A stretch of 63,980 nucleotides of DNA, the filler included, from Chrysochromulina tobinii (taxonomy: Eukaryota): the NCBI GenBank assembly GCA_001275005.1. It is 5 parts of 5 records of this genome, joined end to end, with 100 filler letters (N's around TTAATTAATTAA, not from the genome) between each part and the next. Parts side by side here need not be neighbours in the genome. Positions count along the whole stretch, not along the records: positions 21,507 to 41,668 come from JWZX01001195.1; 4 more parts are not named here. One strand, given 5' to 3'. Shown here piece after piece: positions 22,633 to 33,600 of the stretch. The notes below the pieces were generated by a model that was given only the letters and a program-made list of their open reading frames with translations, searched no databases and was not told the DNA's origin. The position numbers and the translations under genes are program-made. How positions within the stretch are numbered: the stretch's first letter is position 1; each line of letters opens with the position of its first letter.

Positions 22633-23310
22633 TCATGAGCAGCCGTAGCGGTGGCACTTGCACGGGGCGGGCTTGAGCTGATAATCCTGGCCCGGCGGGG
22701 CACCCTCGATTTTGCAGCAGTAGAGCGTGGCCATCGGGTATGGCAAGAAGCCTGAGGCGCTCGGGCAACAGCCGTACGTGCCGAACTGCATCAGCCAACT
22801 GCCGCACGGCGTGTGCGTGCTGTAGTTATACTGATAGCCATTCATGCAGCCTTGGTCGCCGCCGGCGGGCTTGCCATTGCATAGGTAGCCGCCCTCTGGC
22901 GGCGAGCTTGTGTCCACGAGAGCGTCCATGCCGACGCCTGCCTTGGGCACCTCGATGGTGACAGACTGCGACACGACGGGCGACGCGAATGGGGTGACCT
23001 CATCATAGCAAGCACAATTGTCGGGGCAAGAGAGGTCGCATTTGCCGTCGTTGTAGCTGTGCAGGCCATTTGCGCCCGAGCCCGTGCAGCAGTATTCAGC
23101 CGTAAAGTCAAACGGGCGGCCCTGCTCGCAGCACGACTCCTGCGCGTATGTGAAGATGCCGCGCGATCCGCACGGGAACTGAGTGGGCACCGCACGGCAC
23201 GCTCGTGAGCTCAGCGACTCATGCCTTCCGTAGGATATCGCAGAAGTGTGGCGCGCATACTTGTTTTGCAAACTCGTAAGCCGTGTCGTCGAGGCAGCCG
23301 TGGGTTGCAT
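22633..23310 (-). CDS. Cysteine-rich protein with CC-containing repeats (start uncertain)
   Basis: CGSRGIFTYAQESCC, FDFTAEYCC, CGSWLMQFGTYGCC, YPMATLYCC. Confidence 0.55.
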   Translation of the reverse strand: MQPTAASTTRLTSLQNKYARHTSAISYGRHESLSSRACRAVPTQFPCGSRGIFTYAQESCCEQGRPFDFTAEYCCTGSGANGLHSYNDGKCDLSCPDNCACYDEVTPFASPVVSQSVTIEVPKAGVGMDALVDTSSPPEGGYLCNGKPAGGDQGCMNGYQYNYSTHTPCGSWLMQFGTYGCCPSASGFLPYPMATLYCCKIEGAPPGQDYQLKPAPCKCHRYGCS

Positions 23311-23618
23311 TGGGAGTGCAGCCACTCAGCAGCGCTTGCGAGGTGTAGAGGTTGACGCTCTCGGGCGAGTGCGCCTTGAAGAGATGATCCGGACTAGCCA
23401 TGGCCAGGTGGAACGCAGACTGAAGTGACCAGAACGACATTCCCCAGGGACTTTCGGACGTGCCAACGATGCGCATGCGTCCTTCCGTCTACAAACGGGT
23501 GTTGTCGAGGTCAAGGTTCTTCCCGTCGGTGATGCCGTCGGCGTTCACACTTCTGTTCACGGAACATAAGTTTTATCGGTCACTCCGACTTCAACTTCAA
23601 CAGGACGCCTGAAGCATC

Positions 23619-25386
23619 ATGAGTTGCATCATGCGGCTGACGCTCGCCCTCGGCTTCTTCAGCGCGGCTGCCGGTCAGCAAGCCGGCGACGCCAAAAAGG
23701 AGGTCCACCTGCCCATGCCGATCCAGCACTGTACCAAGGCGCTCGGCTGCAAGTTCGAGGATGCCACCATCGTGCTCGATTCCAACTGGCGCTGGACACA
23801 CGAGATCGGCTGCACCAACTCGTCCAAGTGCAACTGCTTCCTCGGCAACCAGTGGGTCAACGCGACCTGCCAGGGCGTTGACGACTGCTCGCACGTGCGC
23901 CTCGCACATTTCGGACCACGTCCCCTCGTTGGGTTCCTCGAGCTGCAGCGCTGCACCTTTCCCCCACCCTACCCCACGCCCAAAAGGCGCCTGCAGGGCA
24001 GATTACGCCCCCCGCCTCATTCGCCATTCGCGCCCCCTTACTTCTCTTCCGCGCGCGCAGAAATGCGGCATCGACGGCGAGGACGCCAAAGGCTACAAGG
24101 AAAAGTACGGTGCGACCGCCGACGGCCAGGGCGGCGTAAACTTCACCTTCATCACCAAATACAATACTACGGGTGGCAACGGGACCAATGTCGGCACGCG
24201 CCTCTTCCTGCTCGAGAGCCCGGACAAGTACAAGATGTTTCAGCTGCTCAACAAAGAGTTCACCTTCACCGTGGACGGCTCGGCACTCCCTTGCGGTCTC
24301 AACGGCGCCGTGTACTTCGTGGAAATGGATGCCGACGGCGGCAAGAGCAAGTACCCGACCAACACAGCGGGAGCGGCGTACGGCACCGGCTACTGCGATG
24401 CGCAGTGCCCGCACGACATCAAGTGGATCGCTGGCCAGGCCAACCTCATCAACTGGAACCCGTCGCCCTCAGACCCGAACGGGGGTGCGGGCAAGTTCGG
24501 CACCTGCTGCGCCGAGCTCGACATCTGGGAAGCGAACTCAATCTCGACTCAGATGACAGTGCATGCGTGCGAGACGGCGGGGTACCACCCGTGCGACGAC
24601 ATCGAATGCGGCGACAACCCGAACCACCGCTTCGACGGCGTGTGCGACAAGAATGGCTGCGACGCCAACCCGTACCGGCAAGGGCTTCACGACTTTTTCG
24701 GCCCGGGCCCCTCGTTCACACTTGACGCGACGAAGCCCATGCAGGTGGTGACGCAGTTCATCACGGATGACGGCACAGACACGGGCAATCTCGTCGAGAT
24801 GCGCCGCTTCTACGTGCAGGACAGCAAGTACATCTACCCGCCCAATCCGTCCTACACGCCCCCGGGCAAGAACTACACAGCCATCTCCGATGAGATGTGC
24901 CAGGTGCAGATGACGAATTTTTCGGACCGGTTCGACGTTTTCACGAAAAAGGGCGGGATCGGCGGCATGGGCGCGGCGATGAAGCGTGGCATGGCCCTCG
25001 TCTTGTCACTCTGGGACGACCACGACGTGGGCATGATCTGGCTCGATGCCAACGACCCCGATCCGAAGGACTGGCCGACGCCGGGTGTGCCGCCGCCGGG
25101 CGCGCTGCGTGGCACCTGCAACCAGACGTCGGGCAATTACACGTTCGTGGAGAAGTACCACTCGGATGCTTACGTGATCTACTCGGACGTGCGCTACGGC
25201 GAGATCGGCTCCACCACGGGCCCTGGCGCCCCGCCCCCGCCCCCCGCGTGCCCCGGTGGCACCAAGGACAAGTGCATCGCGCTGTGCGACCCTACCGACC
25301 CGGCAAAGTACGTCGCGTGCGTCCAGAACTGCGACCAGAACTGCCCGCATCTGGACGAGGCGCGCCGCAAGTACATGCCCATCTGA
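23619..25386 (+). CDS. Secreted glycoside hydrolase family 7 cellulase; intron 23895-24060
   Basis: Signal peptide; [38 protein letters not shown]; catalytic [15 protein letters not shown]; Pro linker and 6-Cys C-terminal module. Confidence 0.95.
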
Positions 25387-25598
25387 GAAAGAGGCGCACG
25401 GCCCGGCGCGCGCTCGACCTCCTTCAGCGCACCCGGGCCCACTTCCATCCATGCAAACGTATCCGGATCAACTACTACAACGAAGCCACAAATACGACGA
25501 AAACCGGAGTTCTTTTTTTCTCAACTCAAAGAACCTTTTTGAGTTTTCTTCGTGAAAGTTGCGATCGCCGAGAAGCCGAGCGAGATTTACCGGTCCCA

Positions 25599-28551
25599 AT
25601 GGTCGCACTCGTGCCCGTCGTCCTCTTTGTCGTCGGCTATCAACTCAACACCCCCCGCTCATTGCATGTTTTGTTACCGACACGATGGCCAACCTCTTGC
25701 CGTATGGCGTTACCTGACGTCGGTGCTAAGCTGCCACTGCCCAGTGTCTGGTCCGGTCTCAGTGCCGTGCCTGGTCCGGTCTCCTCGCTATCAGAGCTCA
25801 CGGCAAACGCAGAGCTGCTCATGCTAGTCGTAACCACAGAAGGCGCCATGACCGATCAGCTCCGGCAGACGCTGGTAGGCCTGCAGGATATCGCGACGGA
25901 ATCGGCGCGTGTGGCAGCGGTCTCGATGGTCGCTCCGACGACGTATCAAAAGCTTACTCGAAAGGCCAAGGTCGAGTACCCGCTCTTGTCCGACCCTGGG
26001 CGACAATGGCTGGCCGGCTTGGGAGCGGCCCCCGATGGCTCTGTATCGGTACTGCTCGTTGATGCGCCGTCATCGGTGATCCTCAAGCGTTGGGACGGGC
26101 GTGGCAAAGTGCCGCAGACGCTGAGCGAGATCGGTGCTGCGGTCGCCAAGGGTAGGGCAGCACTCGGAAGCGAGGTGAGGGAGCAGCTCGCAGCGGCGGC
26201 GGCCGTGTCGGCAGCCAAGGCTGCCAAGGAGGCGGCGGCACTTGCTGCCAAGGAGCTCGAGCAGCAGGCGGCGCAGCGTGCGGCAGAGGAGAAGGTGAGG
26301 GCGAAAGCCGAAGCGCAGCGGCGGCAGCAAGAAGAGATCGAGGCGCTCAACCGGCAGATGGCGGAGAAGCTCGCCAATGAGCAGGCAGCCAAGGAGGCCG
26401 TCAAGAAGGCCAAGGAGGCCAAACGCGAGGCCACCCAGCAGGGCACACAGAGCAAGGCAAACAAGATCAAGGAGGCGCAGAAAGCGCAAAAGGCGGAGAA
26501 GGCAGTCAAGGTGGCCGTCACGGCGCCGCCGTTGACCGCTGCAGCAGCAGTGAAAGCGCCGGTGCCGGCCGTAATGGCGCAAAGGACGGTCGAGGTGCCC
26601 GTTGCGGCGCCGCCGTTGGCCGCAGCAGCAGTGCTAGCGCCGATGTCGGACGCAGTGGCGCCACCTGCAAAGGCGGTCACCGCCGTTGCAGACGATTATG
26701 ACGTGAGCCGCATACGCAACTTTTGCATCATCGCGCACATCGACCACGGCAAGTCCACGCTCGCGGATCGGTTGCTGCAGATCACGAAGACGGTCGCCGA
26801 GCGCGAGATGAAGGAGCAGATCCTGGACAACATGGACATTGAACGCGAGCGCGGCATTACGATCAAGCTGCAGGCGGCGCGCATGGAGTACTACGCACAG
26901 GACGGCCACAAATACATCCTCAACCTGATCGACACGCCAGGGCACGTCGACTTTACGTACGAGGTGAGCTTTCTGATTGGCTCTGATTGCGTCTGATGGT
27001 CTGCCTCATCAGATAAGTCTCCCTCATCAGTGCGAGGGCGCTTCTGATTGGCTCTGATTGCGTCTGACGGTCTGCCTCATCAGATAAGTCTCCCTCATCA
27101 GCGCGTGCGAGGGCGCTTCTGATTGGCTCTGATTGCGTCTGATGGTCTACCTCATCAGGTGAGCCGCTCACTCGCCGCGTGCGAGGGCGCGCTGCTGGTG
27201 GTCGACGCTAGTCAAGGCGTCGAGGCACAGACGATCGCCAACTGCTATCTCGCCACAGGTCAAGACTTGACGATTGTGCCCGTGCTCAACAAGATCGATC
27301 TGCCCGGAGCTGACGTGGAACTCGTCTCCAAGGAGATCGAGAGCACGCTGGGGCTCGACTGCACGAATGCCATCCCCGCCTCGGCCAAATTAGGCACGGG
27401 GGTACTCGACATCCTCGAGGCGATTGTGAAGCGCATGCCGCCGCCCTCGGACACCATCGACCAGCCGCTGCGTGCGCTCATCTTTGACTCGTATTATGAC
27501 GCGTACCGTGGGGTGGTGGTTTTCATTCGCGTCGTGGACGGCGTGCTGCGCCGCGGCGACAAGATCAGGTTTGCGGCCACGGGCATCGAACATGAAGTCC
27601 TCGAGGTGGGCACGCTCACCCCGGGCGGCGAGCGGCCAACAGCCCAGCTGCGCGCGGGTGAGGTGGGCTACGTCGTCGGAGGCATCAAGTCGGTCAACGA
27701 CGCGCGTGTGGGTGACACGATCACGTCCGCGCGGCCCGCTGCGACGAGCGGCGCGCTTCCGGAGCCGCTGCCAGGCTATAAGGAGCCGGTGCCGGTTGTC
27801 TACTGCGGCCTCTTTCCGACCGAGCCAACACAATACCAGCTGCTGCGAGAGTCGCTTGAGAGGCTCTGCCTCAACGATGCTGCACTCCAATTCGAGCCTG
27901 AGACGTCCTCGGCGATGGGCTTCGGCTTCCGGTGCGGCTTCCTCGGGTTGCTGCACATGGAGATTGTGCAAGAGAGGCTCGAGCGTGAGTACAACTTGGA
28001 CCTGATCGTGACGGCGCCCTCGGTCGTGTACAAGGTGACGCTCAATGATGGCACCGAGGTGGACGTGGACAGTCCGGCAAAGCTCGTGGATGCCGATAAG
28101 CGCAAGGCGATCGCCGAGCCATACGTGGACCTCGAGATGTTTTGTCCTAAGGAGTACTCGGGTACCCTCATGGAGCTTGCCCAGGAGCGGCGCGGCGAGT
28201 ACGTCGACCTCAAATTCCTCACTGAGAAGCGCTGCGCCATCAAGTACTCGATGCCTCTCGCCGAGGTGATCACCGACTTTTTCGACGAGATGAAGTCCAA
28301 ATCGCAGGGGTATGCCTCGATGGAGTACTCCTTGAGCGGCTACCGCGAGAACGACCTCGTGCGCCTCGACATTCTGATCAACGGCGAGCCCGCGCTGCCG
28401 CTTGCGGCCATCGTACATAGAGAGGCGTCCCATTCCACTGGCAAGGCGCTCACCAGCCGCCTCAAGGAGCTCATCCCGCGCCAGCAGTTCAAGGTGCCCA
28501 TCCAGGCGGCCATTGGCGCGAAAGTCGTCGCTAGCTCGCAGATCTCGCCCA

Positions 28552-28588
<37 letters not shown>

Positions 28589-28721
28589 TATCTCGCGCAA
28601 GAAGAAGCTCCTGCAGAAGCAGGCCAAGGGCAAGGCGCGCATGAAGATGATGGGCAAGGTGAACGTGCCGCAGGAGGCGTTCATGGCGATCCTCAACTTA
28701 AAAGGAGAGTCTGCTGGGTGA
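25599..28721 (+). CDS. lepA: Organellar (probably plastid) elongation factor 4 with long N-terminal extension; intron 26964-27158
   Basis: [74 protein letters not shown]-terminal hydrophobic leader. Confidence 0.95.
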
Positions 28722-29096
28722 GATTGAGGTTATGTTCTGTAGGAAACATACAGCCATGTGTAGTAGGCGGAGGTACAAATAACAAAAACACGAGTCCGCA
28801 CGACCATATCGGTCCCGGAACCGTCGCGCACATGAACCGTCTACCGGTGCCGGAGGGCGGCGGGCCCCGCCGCCGGGCCCGCGCGCGGCGCGGGCCGCGC
28901 GCGCGGGACGACGTGGGCCTCGGTGCCGGGGCAGGGGCCGCCATCTGGGCATGTGCGGCCCATCGGGCGTGGTAACTGAAAACCTCTATGGCTACTGTCT
29001 ACCGGTACCGGGTACGGCACACGTGAATATGAATGCCGAGAGCAGGAGAAAAGCATTCAGTGTGTTGGGTAGTACGATCCTTGACTTACGTTGTAT

Positions 29097-30299
29097 TCAG
29101 GGTGTTGGGTAAGTCTGATTCGTGCTCCACCACGCCCATGGTCGCTGGTATTGGATAGCTCGATCGGCAACATTCTGCCAAGAGCCAGGCCCTGGCGGGA
29201 GCATGGCTCGCATGCAAGGCTCGCTGTCCAACTTCGTTACGCTCCCATTGACCACGCGCTTGAGCGTCTTGCCCTTCCATCCACTTAGCCGGCTGTCCAT
29301 GTGGACGAGCGGCACATAGTCGAAGACGACGCCAGCGGGCCGCCGTCCATGAGCGTGGCCAGATGCGTTGGCAAAGTAGATGGCGATGCGGTTGATGACT
29401 GCACCCCATAGCCACTCGCTCCTCGGATTCAGCGGGAGCATCGCAGCACGGAGAGCCGGGAGCATGCGCGCATCCATAAGGAGGCACGTGATCTCCATGT
29501 CGTCAACCGGGCGTGGAAGAACCCGGAATCGGAGCCACTTCCCCGAGATCAGACGCTCGCGGCCGGAAACCTCGAGAGTCCCGCCTGTCGAGTTGGCGCT
29601 CTTCGTGAATTGCGCATTCAGCGAGAAGCGATCGGAGGCCCGCCCGCCCTTTTTCGGGGCAAGAATTGCGGGCTGACTCAGAAATGCAGCGCGGTGAGCC
29701 ACCAGGGCGCGAAACGCTTCAAACGAGAAGAGGCTGAAGTCCAAGTCGCTGTCCAATTTCCACAGATGGGTGTACGACTGTGAAGCAATCCCAGAGAGCA
29801 TCCATGTGAGGGTATCGAGGACCGCCTCCACCGTGCACCCGGTGGCGCGCTTGAAGCCACGATGCACGATTCTTGGCTCCCGCTTGTACCACGGCTCCCG
29901 CTTGTATGCGACTGCGTTCTCATGTACCACGGCTCCATACCACGGCTCCCGCATGTATGCGACTGCGTTCTCATCCTCGCGACTGCTGCTATCGTAGTGG
30001 TATACGCTGAAGTCAATGGGCACCGCGTCCATAATCTTGCGAAGGCTCACGCGGCAGCCCTCGTCATTCTGCACGGACACGAGCGCCAGCCAATTCATTT
30101 CGCCGCCAATGCCCGCAGGGAGCCGTGCGAGACTTGCTTGGATCCGTCGAAGTGTGTTCAGTGCATCGTGGTGCACAGGCTTTTTAGAGCCTCGCCCGAC
30201 TTGCTGCGCACTGTGCTTGACGACCAGGAGGTGCACATGGGATTCGTTGACAATCGTACGGACAGCATCGAGCATGCTCGAGACTCTGGATAAGTGCAT
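29097..30299 (-). CDS. Hypothetical protein, DUF707-like / possible glycosyltransferase fold
   Basis: YTHLWKLDSDLDF..F....LSQPAI resembles the DUF707 core; internal duplication ENAVAY(M/K)REPWY. Confidence 0.5.
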   Translation of the reverse strand: MHLSRVSSMLDAVRTIVNESHVHLLVVKHSAQQVGRGSKKPVHHDALNTLRRIQASLARLPAGIGGEMNWLALVSVQNDEGCRVSLRKIMDAVPIDFSVYHYDSSSREDENAVAYMREPWYGAVVHENAVAYKREPWYKREPRIVHRGFKRATGCTVEAVLDTLTWMLSGIASQSYTHLWKLDSDLDFSLFSFEAFRALVAHRAAFLSQPAILAPKKGGRASDRFSLNAQFTKSANSTGGTLEVSGRERLISGKWLRFRVLPRPVDDMEITCLLMDARMLPALRAAMLPLNPRSEWLWGAVINRIAIYFANASGHAHGRRPAGVVFDYVPLVHMDSRLSGWKGKTLKRVVNGSVTKLDSEPCMRAMLPPGPGSWQNVADRAIQYQRPWAWWSTNQTYPTP

Positions 30300-30639
30300 C
30301 CGGACTGCCAGTAGAGCGACTTTCCGATCAAACGGGACGCCCTTCGCGTGGTGCGAACTTGATTACCGGTAGGATCCACCTAATTCATATTCCTGTGAAA
30401 CGACACGAGCTCTCCTCTTCGCGCGGAGTCGGATCTTCCTCACATGTCGCTTCGTTGGTACATCAAGACCATGAGTGTCTGATGCGAGACCGGTCAATAG
30501 GTGTTTTGAATTAATTAACCATGCAGCACAAAATTTCTGCGACACTGGCAGTGTGACTCTGTGACACTCGTCATTATTGAGTACAGCGCGACCCAGCAGC
30601 CCAGCATCCGAGCAACAGTCCACCTTTCTAAAAATGAGC

Positions 30640-33600
30640 TCAACTCGAGAAGAGCGCCTGCACCGTGTCCCACGAGAGCACCTTGGACTCCTCGACCTTG
30701 CGTTTGCGCTTGCTCGGCGAGCCGCCCGCCTGCGCCGCTGCGCGAGCGCAGTGCGAGCCCGGCGCAGCGTTCCCTTCGGCGCCGCTGCCATCCGTAACGG
30801 CCGGCGAGGCGCACTCGGTGGCGGCACCCGCCTTGCGCAGGCCGAAGATCGTCTCTTCGATTGTGTCGTGCACGACAAAGCGGTGCACTGTGGTCTCGCG
30901 CGTCTGCGACATGCGATGGATGCGTCCGATGGCCTGCGCCTCGACGGCACGTTCGATGAGCGGCTCGACTAGCATCACGTGTTGTGCCTCGACAAGGTTG
31001 ATGCCATTCGCGCCCGAGCGCAAGGGCAGCAGCAGCGCGCGAACCTCGGCCGAGTGGCGAAACGCGTACAGCTCGGCGTCGAGGGTCTGCCGCCCTTGCA
31101 GCCGGCCGTGGCGCACGCCGTTGTCATGGAGCGCGCGCGCGATCAGCGCGAGAAGGTCATCCCATTGCGAGAAGATCAGGCACTTGTCACCCACTGGGAG
31201 CCCCAGCACTGCCTCAACGACTGCCGTTACCTTGGTGCCCCAGCTGCCTATGACCCGAGTCCCTTTCGACGAGCCGTCTGCCCATCGCAGCTCAGATGCG
31301 AGAGCGGGCGCGTCGCTCGGCTCGCGGCACAGCGGACAGACGAAGCGCCCCCCGTGCCGTCGCATGATCTTCTCGGCGCACGCGGAGCAAAGGGAATGCG
31401 CACAGCGTGGCACTGTGCGCTCGCGCCCCATCTCTTCATGACACACCGGGCAGCTCTCGAGCTCGTGTGGCGCCTCGCCCGCCGCCTCCGTATCGATCTG
31501 GTCCGCTTGCTGACGCAGGAAGGCGTACTGGCTGCGCGCCGCCCGCAAGTCGTCGCGCGCGAGCAGAAGGTCCGCCTCGTACTTTTGCTTCCGCTCCGCA
31601 TACTCCCAGAGGCCGACGAACCTATGCCGCTCGGCCTCGATGGGCGCCAAGGCTTCCATCTCCTCTGCGGTCTTGACCAGCTCCATGGTGGTTACGGCCG
31701 TGGTGAGCTCATCGAGCTGTGAAAGCAGGTCAAAGTGCGCCACCCACAAGATACGGCTCGCGCGCAGCTCGCGCTTCAGGTGGACGATCAACTCGTGCTC
31801 GCGCGCGGCCTCCTCACTGAGTGCCGTCCACAAGGCCGCGCCGGCTCCGCCCGCGCCGGCCGCCATGGCCGCGCCGCTGGCCGCGCCGCTGGCCGCGCCG
31901 ACGGCCGCAGCAGCCGCGGGCGTTGGCACGTGGCTGGCTAAAGCGGCCTGGCTGCCGATCCAGCTGGTGAGGGCGTGAATCAGGCGAAGCAGCGGCCCGT
32001 CCTCAAGGAATGCCTCGCCCGTGTTGCCCGCCGCCGCGCCCGCGTCGGAGGCGAACTGGCCCGCCAGGTTGTGCGAGGGCACGATTTCCACCTTGCGCTG
32101 ACGGCGGTGGCTGAAGAGAGTATAGAAGAACGCATCGTAGTGCCCCTCAAGATGGCAGTGCGCGCACACGGCGCCCTTTTTGCCCCAGTCCTGACGGCAA
32201 CGCATGCAATCGCCGCTCTGGCGCACCTCCTCTGCCGACGGGTGCGGCGCGAGTGCGAGCAGCCCGCGCGTCAGCCGCTCGCGCTGCTCAAGACTCCTCT
32301 GGCGCTCGCGCAACAGCCACTCCACCGCCGCGGCCGCCGAGATGGCACAAGCACTCGCGGCAGCTCCGGTGAGTGAAGCCTCGGCGAGCCACTTGTCGCG
32401 CAGCAGCGCAGCCTGCTGGGCAGGTAGCGAGGCGATCGCGCGATGCGCATGCGTGAGCCAGGGCGATGTACCGATGTGCTTGAGACGACGCTCGACTTCG
32501 TCACGCGCGTGCGACCACTGCGCCCTCTGCGCGCTCGCGACGGCGCTGCGCTCCGAGACGAGCTGTGCATGCAGACGAGTGGCGTCGGCGATGAGGGGTG
32601 GCTCGTGCTCTGTGGAATCAACGGCCAGGTCCCTCTTGGGTTGCAGCAGCTGCTGCCGCTCGGCACGGCGCTCCGCTTCGTTCGGAGGCTCGTCCGAAGG
32701 CGCGTGCTCGGCGTGGCCGGGCTGGTCGGCTCGAGGTGCGTGCTGGGCTTGCTCAACGGCGTGGCGGCGGCACGCGGCGTGGTTGTGCGTCATGTGGAGC
32801 AGCTGCAGCGCGTCTGCCTCGAGCTCCGCCTCCATCAACTGCATCTCACCCACCTCAAGCCACAGGGGTACGTCGCCGCCGACCCCCGAGGTCGCGCGCG
32901 CCGTCCTGGGCGGATGCCACGAGTGGATGCGCAGCCGGTATTGGCGCGACTTGAACGGCCGATAGAACCCGAGGCTCTGCCATCCCACCGGCGCGCCCGG
33001 GACGGCGCTGGGGCTCCCACCTTGGATACCGGTGCTGCTCGGGACGGCGCTCGTAGCATGCTCCACAGAAAGGTCCATCGGCGAGGGCGCGGCGAGCGGC
33101 GGCGTGGCGGGCGGCGGCGCCACGTCGAAGGTCGCCACCTCGACAAAGACGCCCGCGGCCTCGGTGCCGCTGGCGGCGTCGAGTGTGCAGCGTGCCGGGG
33201 TGGCGTGCGGCCCTCCTTGGCAGCGCAGTCGCAGCTCAGAGAGCCGTCGGGGGCGCGAGAGTTCGATCCGCATCCAGAGATCGTCGGCAGATTGCACCTC
33301 GCCCTCGAGATGATCGGCAGATTGCACCTCGCCCTCGAGATGATCGGCAGATTGCACCTCGCCCTCGCTCGTCGCTACCGAAGCGCTCGACGCGTCAGTC
33401 GGCAACTGCCAGCGGATAGGCCCGAGTCGCCTCTTGCTCACGCCGCTCGGATCCTCGCCACGGCGGGTGCCTGCCTCTGACGTGTCATCCGCCGCCACCG
33501 CTCCCGCCGCCTCCGCTCCCGCCGCCTCCGCTTCCGCCGCCACCGCCAACGCTCCCACCGCCTGCCGCCCGCCGCCCGAGACGGCGCCCGCGGAGAAGCC

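Noticed and set aside
24897..25598. N-terminal part of the 699-aa ORF suggesting a GH7-LepA overlap
   Set aside because: Alternative frame of the GH7 gene plus intergenic DNA; the likely start is ATG 25599
28839..29011. 14/15-nt direct repeat GTCTACCGGT(G/A)CCGG around a very GC-rich segment
   Set aside because: Could be a TSD, but there is no second copy or terminal structure in the window to support an element
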